Below are positions 1 through 7,672 of a stretch of DNA of 11,509 nt, one piece after another. The first letter of the stretch is position 1. Every line of letters starts with the position of its first letter. The notes below the pieces were generated by a model. That model was not told the DNA's origin. It searched no databases and was given only the letters and a program-made list of their open reading frames with translations. Source of the DNA: Candidatus Thorarchaeota archaeon (GTDB lineage: Archaea > Asgardarchaeota > Thorarchaeia > Thorarchaeales > Thorarchaeaceae); contig JAEOTX010000155.1 in the NCBI GenBank assembly GCA_016839605.1, positions 1 to 11,509 on the forward strand, read 5' to 3'. The position numbers were made by a program, and so were the translations under genes.

Positions 1-50
1 CATTGATGGATAGCATATCTGAAGACCTAAGCAAATTAGCCGAGAACTAG
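1..50 (+). CDS. 3' end of an upstream CDS truncated by the window edge (...LMDSISEDLSKLAEN*), product unknown
   Basis: Frame open from position 3 to TAG at 48-50, encoding an amphipathic-helix-like peptide. Too short to assign a family. Confidence 0.45.
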   Translation, partial: LMDSISEDLSKLAEN

Positions 51-212
51 GAATTCGAGCATGTTGTCTAAGAGAGATAATGTTCATTGATGTACACTAA
101 TGTTGGGACTCTTCTTATGGTTGTTCATTCCATAAGTCAGAAGAGCTGACAGAAGGCTCACGTCTATGTCGCAATTCAGGTTCGACTCGGAAAGTCATGG
201 AGCGGTCTTGTA

Positions 213-1508
213 ATGGTCAATAGAGATGAAATAATCAAGAAAGAGTCCAAGTATATGGTTCCAGCTTACGCTCGTAAGCCCATAGTCATCTATGAGGGGA
301 AAGACACTGTTGTACGAGATCTTGATGGAACGGAGTATATTGATTGCATTAGTGGAATCTCAGTGGTGAATGCGGGCCACAGTCCAGAACGACTCGTTAA
401 AGCTGGTTCGGAGCAATTATCGAAGCTCATTCACTGCTCTGGTCTCTATCACAATGTCCCCCAGACTTTGCTGGCTGAAAAACTCGCTGACCTCACGCCA
501 AGCAATCTGACCAAATCATTCTTCTGCAACAGCGGAGCAGAAGCGGTCGAGGGTGGAGTCAAAATTGCAAAGAAGTATAGTGTTACTCAGGGTCGCACAG
601 GTGCAGGGGTAATCGCATTAGAGGGCTCCTTCCATGGAAGACTCAGCCTTTCCCTCACCCTGACAGGTCAGGCGAAATACAAGCACGGTTTTGGGACCTT
701 TGCCAATGCCCCTGGCGTAGCTCATGCACCAATGCCATATTGCTATAGATGCCCGCTTGAATTTCCTGATTGTAGCACTGAATGTGCTAGAAGAGTAGAG
801 GACATCGTCAAGTATCATACTACGGGCGACGTTGCGGCTATGATTGTGGAGCCAATCCTAGGTGAGGGTGGCTTAGTCGTGCCCCCTCAGGAGTATCATG
901 ACTTGGTGCTAAAGATATGCAAAGAACACGATATTCTCTACATCGCTGATGAGGTACAAACCGGCTTCGGAAGAACAGGAAAAATGCTTGCGATTGAAGA
1001 GTTTGGAATCAAGCCAGACATCATTACAATGGCCAAGGGATTGGGCGCAGGGATGCCAATTGGTGGCTACATCACCACAGACGAGATAGCAAACTGTCTA
1101 GAGTCAGGTGATCACTTCTCAACCTTCGGTGGGAATCCTGTGAGCTGTGCAGTGGCACTAGAGAATCTCATCTATCTCGATGATGCTGGACTAGTCAAGA
1201 ATTCTGAGAAGATGGGTGGCATGCTGATGAAGCAACTGAAAGAGATTCAGCAGAGCAACAAGTACATCGGTGAGGTGCGAGGTAGGGGTCTTATGATCGG
1301 CATCGAGCTTGTGAAAAACACTGGTACAAAAGAACCTGCAGTTGATGAAACACAGACAGTAGCCAAGAATCTGATGAAAAATGGAGTTCTAGTTGGAACA
1401 GGCGGTGTCAAGAAGAACGTAATTCGCCTCCAACCTCCGTTGTGCATCACTGAAGAAGAATCTCAGAAAGTCCTGAGTCTGCTCGAGACCGAGTTCAAAC
1501 AGCTATAG
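213..1508 (+). CDS. Class-III PLP-dependent aminotransferase (GabT/ArgD-like omega-amino acid/amine transaminase)
   Basis: Motifs FCNSGAEAVE, SFHGR, EPILGEGG, ADEVQTGFGRTG, DIITMAK (K275 = PLP lysine, codon 1035-1037), STFGGNP and IRLQPPL. Length of 431 aa is typical. Confidence 0.95.
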   Translation: MVNRDEIIKKESKYMVPAYARKPIVIYEGKDTVVRDLDGTEYIDCISGISVVNAGHSPERLVKAGSEQLSKLIHCSGLYHNVPQTLLAEKLADLTPSNLTKSFFCNSGAEAVEGGVKIAKKYSVTQGRTGAGVIALEGSFHGRLSLSLTLTGQAKYKHGFGTFANAPGVAHAPMPYCYRCPLEFPDCSTECARRVEDIVKYHTTGDVAAMIVEPILGEGGLVVPPQEYHDLVLKICKEHDILYIADEVQTGFGRTGKMLAIEEFGIKPDIITMAKGLGAGMPIGGYITTDEIANCLESGDHFSTFGGNPVSCAVALENLIYLDDAGLVKNSEKMGGMLMKQLKEIQQSNKYIGEVRGRGLMIGIELVKNTGTKEPAVDETQTVAKNLMKNGVLVGTGGVKKNVIRLQPPLCITEEESQKVLSLLETEFKQL

Positions 1509-1522
1509 CTACTCGTCAGTTT

Positions 1523-1527
1523 GGAGG
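1523..1527 (+). promoter_or_regulatory. Shine-Dalgarno site GGAGG for the M28 gene
   Basis: GGAGG lies 7 nt upstream of GTG 1535. Confidence 0.6.
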
Positions 1528-1534
1528 CCATGAT

Positions 1535-3316
1535 GTGGAGAAACCCTCAATCGCCAACATCAGAGAAACCATGAGTGCTCTCAACTCATTCGAGCACAAA
1601 ATAGCAGGAACGCCTAATGAACGTCTAGCATCTGAGTACGTTGTGGAAAGACTTCGGAGCCTCGGATTCGAAAAGATAGAAGCGACCACTTTTCGTGTTC
1701 ATGGATGGAATCCCAAATCATGCAAAATCAGAGTCTTGAAGCCAGTTGATAGGACAATCAAGGCCTTTCCTTTTCCTTACTCGCAGAGTTTCAAGACTAA
1801 GGGAACTCTTACACAAGTCAATCAAGTGGATGAATTTGGCAAAAGCAATGATGGAGGTTCAATAGGCCTCTCCTCTTGGGGTTCTCGGCTCTACCTATCT
1901 CCAACGCGAACGTATTATCAAGCAGTCAAGCGAGAACTTGATGCTGTGCTGATCGCATCTCCTGATGAGGGTGACCTTCACAAAGTAGTTGTTATAGAGT
2001 CCGGACGTCAACTCAAGTTCCCAGTGATCAGCATCTCAAAAGAAGATGGGGATTTCTTATCAAGCCTTCTCGAAAAGGGTGAGGTAGAATTAGAAATAGA
2101 TCTGAACATTGAGACTTCTTCAGATGCAGAGTCTATGAATATTGATGCCGTTTTGGAGGGTCAAGAGAATCCAGAACTGGAGGTCTGTATTGGAACCCAT
2201 GCAGATAGCTGGTTCTCAGGAGCGGCAGATAATTGCGCTCCCGTGGCGATTATTCTGGAACTTGCACGCTTGCTCAAGGGGTATGTTGAGAATGGTGGAG
2301 TCTTGAAAAGAAGTGTCAGATTCCTATTCTTCGGAGCAGAGAACGGTGGGGCTGAGGGCTTCTACAACTGGTGCAATGGGTCCAAGGCTTATCTCAACAA
2401 GAACAAGAAGGCTCCTGATAAGATGGTTGCGTACCTTAGTCTTGATTCCGTTGGGTTCCCAAAGCCTGCTCAAAAGTGGATGGGGGCCACCGCTGATCTA
2501 CTTCAGTTTGCTAAAGGCATCGAATCTACAAACTCATCTACTCTAAGATTCGAATACTATGACCCTCCTGGTTACGGTAGCGACCATTGGTTCTTTGAGA
2601 TATCGGGAGTGCCGACTATATATGGCATAACCTTTCCAAGTCATCTCTATCAGACACAGAAAGATGATCTTGATCATATAGACTACAGGGTCGTTCAGGA
2701 CTATGCTGTGTTCATGAATGATGCGCTGTTCAAGATTGCCAACGAAGATTTGTTGCCAATCGACTTGTTCACTCCCCTAGAGAGGTTCGAAGTTATACTC
2801 TCAAAGTACAGCAAGAAGAAAGAATGCCCTATTGACATGACGTCACAATTACTTAGAATCAGAGATATACGTGCAAAGAAATCTGCATTCAAAAAGACAC
2901 TGAGAACCATAGCAAAGAGTGGTGATAAGAAACTACTTCGAAAGACCAATAAATTTCTGACCACAACCTCTCATCTTTTCAACAAGACAATAGGGTGGCT
3001 CTGGAGAATTACCGAGCCAGACGATATTGACTATCTCTCACGCATAGAGATGATTGATGACTATATAGCACTGAACGCTTCAATAATGTCGCTAAAAAGC
3101 ACGCCTGTTGGTATGCTCGCTCTTGAACATGTTGAGCGACTAGAGAGTCAATCCGATAATGCTTACAATTGGATATCAATACATAAGCCGCTAGCAAAGC
3201 TTGAGAAAGAGCGATCCAGAATCTACAAGCTCATTGAAGGAGAGCTTGAATATGTTTCAAAGATACTCGCCACAATGGAGAGTGGGATTAGGGAACTGCA
3301 ATATGAGGATAGGTGA
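1535..3316 (+). CDS. M28-family metallohydrolase with PA-domain insert and helical C-terminal domain (GCPII/transferrin-receptor-like layout); atypical metal site; apparently cytoplasmic
   Basis: N-terminal AGTPNERLASEYV and PA-like FPVISISKEDG. M28 motifs GTHADSW..GAADN (H222, D232), FFGAEN (E269), LSLDSVG (D304), GSDHWFF and YQTQKDD. No signal peptide visible. Confidence 0.88.
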   Translation: MEKPSIANIRETMSALNSFEHKIAGTPNERLASEYVVERLRSLGFEKIEATTFRVHGWNPKSCKIRVLKPVDRTIKAFPFPYSQSFKTKGTLTQVNQVDEFGKSNDGGSIGLSSWGSRLYLSPTRTYYQAVKRELDAVLIASPDEGDLHKVVVIESGRQLKFPVISISKEDGDFLSSLLEKGEVELEIDLNIETSSDAESMNIDAVLEGQENPELEVCIGTHADSWFSGAADNCAPVAIILELARLLKGYVENGGVLKRSVRFLFFGAENGGAEGFYNWCNGSKAYLNKNKKAPDKMVAYLSLDSVGFPKPAQKWMGATADLLQFAKGIESTNSSTLRFEYYDPPGYGSDHWFFEISGVPTIYGITFPSHLYQTQKDDLDHIDYRVVQDYAVFMNDALFKIANEDLLPIDLFTPLERFEVILSKYSKKKECPIDMTSQLLRIRDIRAKKSAFKKTLRTIAKSGDKKLLRKTNKFLTTTSHLFNKTIGWLWRITEPDDIDYLSRIEMIDDYIALNASIMSLKSTPVGMLALEHVERLESQSDNAYNWISIHKPLAKLEKERSRIYKLIEGELEYVSKILATMESGIRELQYEDR

Positions 3317-4215
3317 TGACGAAAATGGGAAGTCGTCTTGGTGTTGCTGGACTTCAGCTAAAGAAAGATCCGTATGATGAAGATAAGAACTTCAGTAATC
3401 TGGAACAAACAACCAGAGGCGTGCGGTCCATGTATCCATGGGTGGATCTAGTATTCACAGGCGAACTCTATCTCCAACAGTATGGAAAGGACGACTGGAA
3501 AGAGCATGCTGAACCAATGCCAAACAGCATGACGGAGAAACTAGCAGAAATCGCTAGGGATACTGAATGTTGGTTTGTGCCTGGTTCGTTTCTGGAGCGG
3601 GATGGTGACAAGATATACAACACAGCTCTTGCATTCAGTCCGAAGGGAGAATTAGTCGCCAAATACAGAAAGATCTATCCCTGGATGCCTTTCGAGGACA
3701 CGAATTTTGGGACTGATTTCGTAACGTTTGATATTCCAGGAATCGCAAGAGTAGGTCTTGTCATCTGCTATGATTTGTGGTTCCCCGAGATCTTCAGAAC
3801 GCTAGCATGGATGGGTGCCGATGTCATTCTACAACCTTCCGCAACATACACCCCCGATCGGCAGGCCGAGTTGATTTTAGTACCAGCTCAAGCAATCATG
3901 CATCAGTGTTATGTCCTCAACTCGAACATTGTAAGCGCAAAGGGCGGAGGACTCTCCATCTTCGCAGACCCAGAAGGCAGAGTATTGCAGCAGGTTGGCA
4001 CACATGAGGAGATAATGACTGAAATCTTAGATCTGGACAGAGTTGAATGGATTCGTCAGAATGGATCCTTTGGCATTACACCCCTCTGGAAGAGTCTTCG
4101 GGATTCCCCTCTAAACATGAAATTCCCTGTCTATGAGCGATTCGAGGATGGAGAGATTCTCAAGAAACTAGGCAAAATGAAAGTTCAGAAGAGCATCCGT
4201 GAGTGGAAGGACTAG
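3316..4215 (+). CDS. Carbon-nitrogen hydrolase (nitrilase superfamily amidase/carbamoylase)
   Basis: Intact Glu-Lys-Cys triad: FTGELY (E50), YRKIYPW (K119), ICYDLWFPE (C151). ATG 3316 overlaps the upstream TGA (TGATG); GTG 3313 is an alternative start. Confidence 0.93.
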   Translation: MTKMGSRLGVAGLQLKKDPYDEDKNFSNLEQTTRGVRSMYPWVDLVFTGELYLQQYGKDDWKEHAEPMPNSMTEKLAEIARDTECWFVPGSFLERDGDKIYNTALAFSPKGELVAKYRKIYPWMPFEDTNFGTDFVTFDIPGIARVGLVICYDLWFPEIFRTLAWMGADVILQPSATYTPDRQAELILVPAQAIMHQCYVLNSNIVSAKGGGLSIFADPEGRVLQQVGTHEEIMTEILDLDRVEWIRQNGSFGITPLWKSLRDSPLNMKFPVYERFEDGEILKKLGKMKVQKSIREWKD

Positions 4216-4281
4216 GCGGTACTACCTTTCGGTATATTTTTCGCTGAGTTACGTCACTGACAACCCAAACTGGAGGAATAG

Positions 4282-5112
4282 TTGACCATGGAGTGGAAAG
4301 ATGGTGCGAAGTGTGCAGTATGTCTGACCTTCGACCTTGATGCCGAGATATCGTGGCGCAATATCCTGGAACGAAACAAGATTGACCGTGATAATCCTGT
4401 AGTGTTATCACTTGGTGAATACGGACCGAAAGCTGCACTCCCTCGGATATTGAGGCTTCTTGAGAAGCACGAAGTCAAAGCTGGTTTCTATATTCCAGGC
4501 GAAGTAGCTGAACGCTACCCCGAAAGTGTGAAGGAGATAGACGGCTTTGGTCACGAAATAGGGCATCATGGTTACTCCCATCGGAATCCAGCAAGCTTGA
4601 CAGTGAAGGAGGAGCGTGAAGAGCTTGAGAAAGGATTTGCCGCATTGGAGCCATTAGTTGAGGAACGTCCTCAAGGTTATCGTGCACCAGCTGCTGACAT
4701 GAGCGAAAGTACGTATTCACTTCTGGCTGAAAGTGGTCTGATGTATGATAGTACAATGATGGGAGCTGACCTCCCATATGTTGTGGAAATCGGAGAACAG
4801 AAGATGGTTGAACTCCCCTTCAAGTGGATCTTAGATGACTGGGCTTTCTTTGGATTCAATTACTTTCCACCTCTTGAGTATCAGAGTGGCATCGATAGCC
4901 ATAGGAAAGTGTATGAGATCTGGGCTGACGAGTTTGAAGCAGTCTACGATGAGGGTCTCTACATGATGCTCGTTATGCATCCTCAAATCATGGGTGTACC
5001 GTCTCGAGCAAAGATGCTTGAGAATCTGATTACAAAGATGAAGACAGATGGAGATGTATGGATCACAACTCCCCTAGAAGTGGCACAGTTCTGGCTAGAG
5101 CAGGAGGGCTGA
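4282..5112 (+). CDS. CE4/NodB-fold 'polysaccharide deacetylase' of the PuuE/HpPgdA-like subgroup
   Basis: Motifs LTFDLDAE, GEYGP, HEIGHHGYSH, GYRAP, YDST, ELPFKWILDDW and MHPQIMG.PSR. SD GGAGGA at 4272-4277; start is TTG 4282 or ATG 4288. No signal peptide. Confidence 0.92.
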   Translation: MTMEWKDGAKCAVCLTFDLDAEISWRNILERNKIDRDNPVVLSLGEYGPKAALPRILRLLEKHEVKAGFYIPGEVAERYPESVKEIDGFGHEIGHHGYSHRNPASLTVKEEREELEKGFAALEPLVEERPQGYRAPAADMSESTYSLLAESGLMYDSTMMGADLPYVVEIGEQKMVELPFKWILDDWAFFGFNYFPPLEYQSGIDSHRKVYEIWADEFEAVYDEGLYMMLVMHPQIMGVPSRAKMLENLITKMKTDGDVWITTPLEVAQFWLEQEG

Positions 5113-5117
5113 CAGCA

Positions 5118-5876
5118 TTGAAGAGACTCGGGAACAAGATAGTCGTGATTACTGGGGTGAGTGCAGGAATTGGTCGAGCTTCAGCTCTCTTGTTTGCAGA
5201 AGAAGGTGCTACTGTTATTGGTGCAGACATCGACGAGATTCAAGGAGCAGAAGTAGAAGCAGATATTCGAGAGGCAGGAGGTATGGGTTATTTCGTGAAA
5301 GCCGATGTGTCCAAACAAAAGGATGTTGCGAACCTATTTGTTAAGGCAAAAGAACTCGGTGGAGTTGACGTACTCTTCAACAATGCTGGTGTGGAGGTTG
5401 TGAAGAGTCTGCCCGATACAACGGAAGAAGAGTGGGACCGGTCAGTCAGTGTCAATCTGAAATCGGTGTTTCTATGCATCAAGCATGCTCTCCCTCAAAT
5501 GGAGGAGAAAGGAAAGGGAGTGATAATCAGTAATTCCTCTGCAGCTGGCTTGGTTGGCTCATTCTCTCCAAGCTATTCAGCAGCCAAGGGGGGGATTATT
5601 TCACTGACAAAAGCACTTGCAGTGGATTTGGGTCCAAGCAACATCAGAGTCAACTGCATTTGTCCTGGTGCAATTGAGACCCCGATGTTGGAACGAGTCA
5701 TCGAGATGCAGGGCAATCCAAAGAAAGTAAGAGAGAGGCGGATAAAGAATTACCCAATAGGACGATTCGGAACTGCTGAGGAAGTTGCCTATACTGCATT
5801 GTTCTTGGCGTCTGATGACTCTTCATTTATCACGGGTGCGGTTCTTCCAGTGGATGGAGGTTTTACTTCACGATAG
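5118..5876 (+). CDS. Classical short-chain dehydrogenase/reductase, probably NAD(H)-preferring
   Basis: Motifs TGVSAGIG, acidic ADID after beta-2, NNAG, catalytic YSAAK, VNCICPG and VDGG. Start moved from ATG 5058 to TTG 5118, which has SD GGAGG at 5103-5107 and avoids a 55-nt overlap with the CE4 gene. Confidence 0.93.
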   Translation: MKRLGNKIVVITGVSAGIGRASALLFAEEGATVIGADIDEIQGAEVEADIREAGGMGYFVKADVSKQKDVANLFVKAKELGGVDVLFNNAGVEVVKSLPDTTEEEWDRSVSVNLKSVFLCIKHALPQMEEKGKGVIISNSSAAGLVGSFSPSYSAAKGGIISLTKALAVDLGPSNIRVNCICPGAIETPMLERVIEMQGNPKKVRERRIKNYPIGRFGTAEEVAYTALFLASDDSSFITGAVLPVDGGFTSR

Positions 5877-5940
5877 GTTCTCACAGTTTCATGATCACAA
5901 CGCGGTCTTTCAATCTTTAGTGCTCCCAAAAGACTGATGT

Positions 5941-5980
5941 GAAAGGTCAGCTTAATACTAACGATTTCGCTAAGAGGGAG
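5941..5980 (+). promoter_or_regulatory. Putative archaeal promoter (purine-rich BRE-like GAAAGG plus TATA-like CTTAATA) and SD-like GAGGGAG for the TPR gene
   Basis: CTTAATA at 5951-5957 lies about 35 nt upstream of GTG 5990; GAGGGAG is at 5974-5980. Confidence 0.35.
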
Positions 5981-5989
5981 AATCATTCT

Positions 5990-7474
5990 GTGAAACCACT
6001 TGGAACTATAACGGCCTGTTTTCCACATGTGGACCCGGATACAAAATCCACTCTGGAATCAATCATGCATGAGGCTAAAGATTACAACGATTTTGCAGAT
6101 AGATTGAGTGAGAGAGCTATCAAAGATTCTGTTCTTCCATTGGTGAATTACTTTGCATACTTTCATGCATATAATCAGAACAGATACAATCTGGTTCGCA
6201 AAATCATAGAGGAGGACACAGTATCAGAACTTGTAAGACCCTTTGCACTCATGATTCAGCCACAAGACTCGACGGATTGGGTCGAGTTTCAGAAGGCAAT
6301 CATATCGGCCATCAAAGCTGCACCAAATGACTGGATTGGCTGTCACATCTACCTCACGTGGCGTGGTTTGATGGAAAGTGCGTCGTATTATCCTGAGAAG
6401 GACACAGACCTGAAGCCACTTCGTATTCTTGAATCCAAGATTGAAAATGATGAAATGTTCAGTTACTTCTCACATCATCTTCATTTGTACAATGCATGGA
6501 AAATGATGGCAGAGGGTAATACTGAATCTGCAACGAAATCCTACAATAGAGCTATAACGCTGGCCAAGAAGCATGACGATTTGGAATCTGTAGCGATACT
6601 TCTAACCGATAAGGCAAACATTATCAAATGGAGCAATTTCCAAGAGGCATTGAGCATCCTCAAGATCTCGAGAGAAATCAGCGAGCAATTGGGGTACACT
6701 TATGGTCTTGCACTGAATGAGCGAATCTTGGGGTTAATTGCTCAAGCACGCGGTGAATATGAAAAGGCTATTGAATACTTGACTGAATTTGCCACATCCG
6801 CAGAGTCTCTTGGTCATGACATTGTCTTTCACAAATGCGTCATTGGAAGAAACTACAACCTGATGAATGATGGGCGAAAGGCTTTGGAACTCACAACTGA
6901 GGCGTTGGAGGAAACATCGTCACCATCACCTTGTTTTCCTTACATACAGAATGCGTGGGCGCTGCTGATTCTCGATAGGCTTGAGGAGGCTATGATTAGT
7001 CTGGATAAGGCCAGAGAACCAGCAATGAAATCGGGTGTTGAGTGGCTTCTTGGACAGATATATTTCTTGGAGGGACTGATTCACCATAAACAAGATGATC
7101 TTGCATCAGCGAAATACGCACTAGAGCAGGCACACTCAATTTCTGAGAGGCAAATCGGATTTTCTAACTTGACACTACTGAAATTAGCAGACGTGGAGAT
7201 TGAAACATACTCGTATAAAGAAGAGAATGCAGACAATGATGTATCAGGACCATGGTTGAAGCAGCTGTTGGACCATGTCCAGCAAAAGGATGTTCCAGGA
7301 ATAGCGGCTCAGGCTATACTTCTCAAAGCCAAGTTTAGATTCAAGCAAGGGCACACTATGGAAGCAAAGAAACTGCTTCAAAGAGTTCTGAGGACCTCGG
7401 ATACATCAGGAATGCACTACCTCAGAAATATGGCTGAGTTGATGTTTCCAGATCTCATGATTTCCGGTCGCTGA
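5990..7474 (+). CDS. Tetratricopeptide-repeat (all-helical) protein with an uncharacterised N-terminal domain
   Basis: TPR-like helix pairs such as GNTESATKSYNRAITLAKK, LGLIAQARGEYEKAIEYL, EGLIHHKQDDLASAKYALEQA and FKQGHTMEAKKLLQRVL. Likely start is GTG 5990 (MKPLGTITACFPHVD), 9 nt after GAGGGAG. Confidence 0.82.
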   Translation: MKPLGTITACFPHVDPDTKSTLESIMHEAKDYNDFADRLSERAIKDSVLPLVNYFAYFHAYNQNRYNLVRKIIEEDTVSELVRPFALMIQPQDSTDWVEFQKAIISAIKAAPNDWIGCHIYLTWRGLMESASYYPEKDTDLKPLRILESKIENDEMFSYFSHHLHLYNAWKMMAEGNTESATKSYNRAITLAKKHDDLESVAILLTDKANIIKWSNFQEALSILKISREISEQLGYTYGLALNERILGLIAQARGEYEKAIEYLTEFATSAESLGHDIVFHKCVIGRNYNLMNDGRKALELTTEALEETSSPSPCFPYIQNAWALLILDRLEEAMISLDKAREPAMKSGVEWLLGQIYFLEGLIHHKQDDLASAKYALEQAHSISERQIGFSNLTLLKLADVEIETYSYKEENADNDVSGPWLKQLLDHVQQKDVPGIAAQAILLKAKFRFKQGHTMEAKKLLQRVLRTSDTSGMHYLRNMAELMFPDLMISGR

Positions 7475-7657
7475 TTCTCCAAGCATGAGGTGTCTCACTG
7501 TTTTCCTCATCTCTGCATTACCTGATGTAGTTACAGAATGGGTTTTCTCTTTCGAATCACTATCTTCTCTGTTCTAGCGCCAATACCAATTCTCTTAAGG
7601 CTAGGAGTCTGAGCGCTTTGCACCAGAACAACATGATCGCCACAGTCATTCAACCTG

Positions 7658-7663
7658 GGAGGA
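7658..7663 (+). promoter_or_regulatory. Shine-Dalgarno site GGAGGA for tldD
   Basis: Lies 9 nt upstream of ATG 7673. Confidence 0.65.
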
Positions 7664-7672
7664 ATAATATTC

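Noticed and set aside
177-192. GGTTCGACTC resembling a tRNA T-loop
   Set aside because: No complementary T-stem, acceptor stem or cloverleaf around it.
1535-3316. M28 gene as a pseudogene
   Set aside because: The full-length frame is intact with an SD and coupling to the next gene, and the other catalytic motifs are conserved.
5058-5117. N-terminal extension of the SDR in the ORF track
   Set aside because: Overlaps the CE4 gene and precedes the family's normal start; an SD supports TTG 5118.
7485-7577. 30-aa ORF MRCLTVFLISALPDVVTEWVFSFESLSSLF upstream of tldD as a candidate TldDE substrate or RiPP precursor
   Set aside because: No SD, no leader/core pattern, and it lies in a pyrimidine-rich terminator-like spacer. 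Its length is expected by chance.
7570-7630. Interrupted inverted repeat TGTTCT-AGCGC ... GCGCT-N7-AGAACA around CTTAAG
   Set aside because: Short arms with a large bulge. It might be promoter-related but cannot be distinguished from chance.
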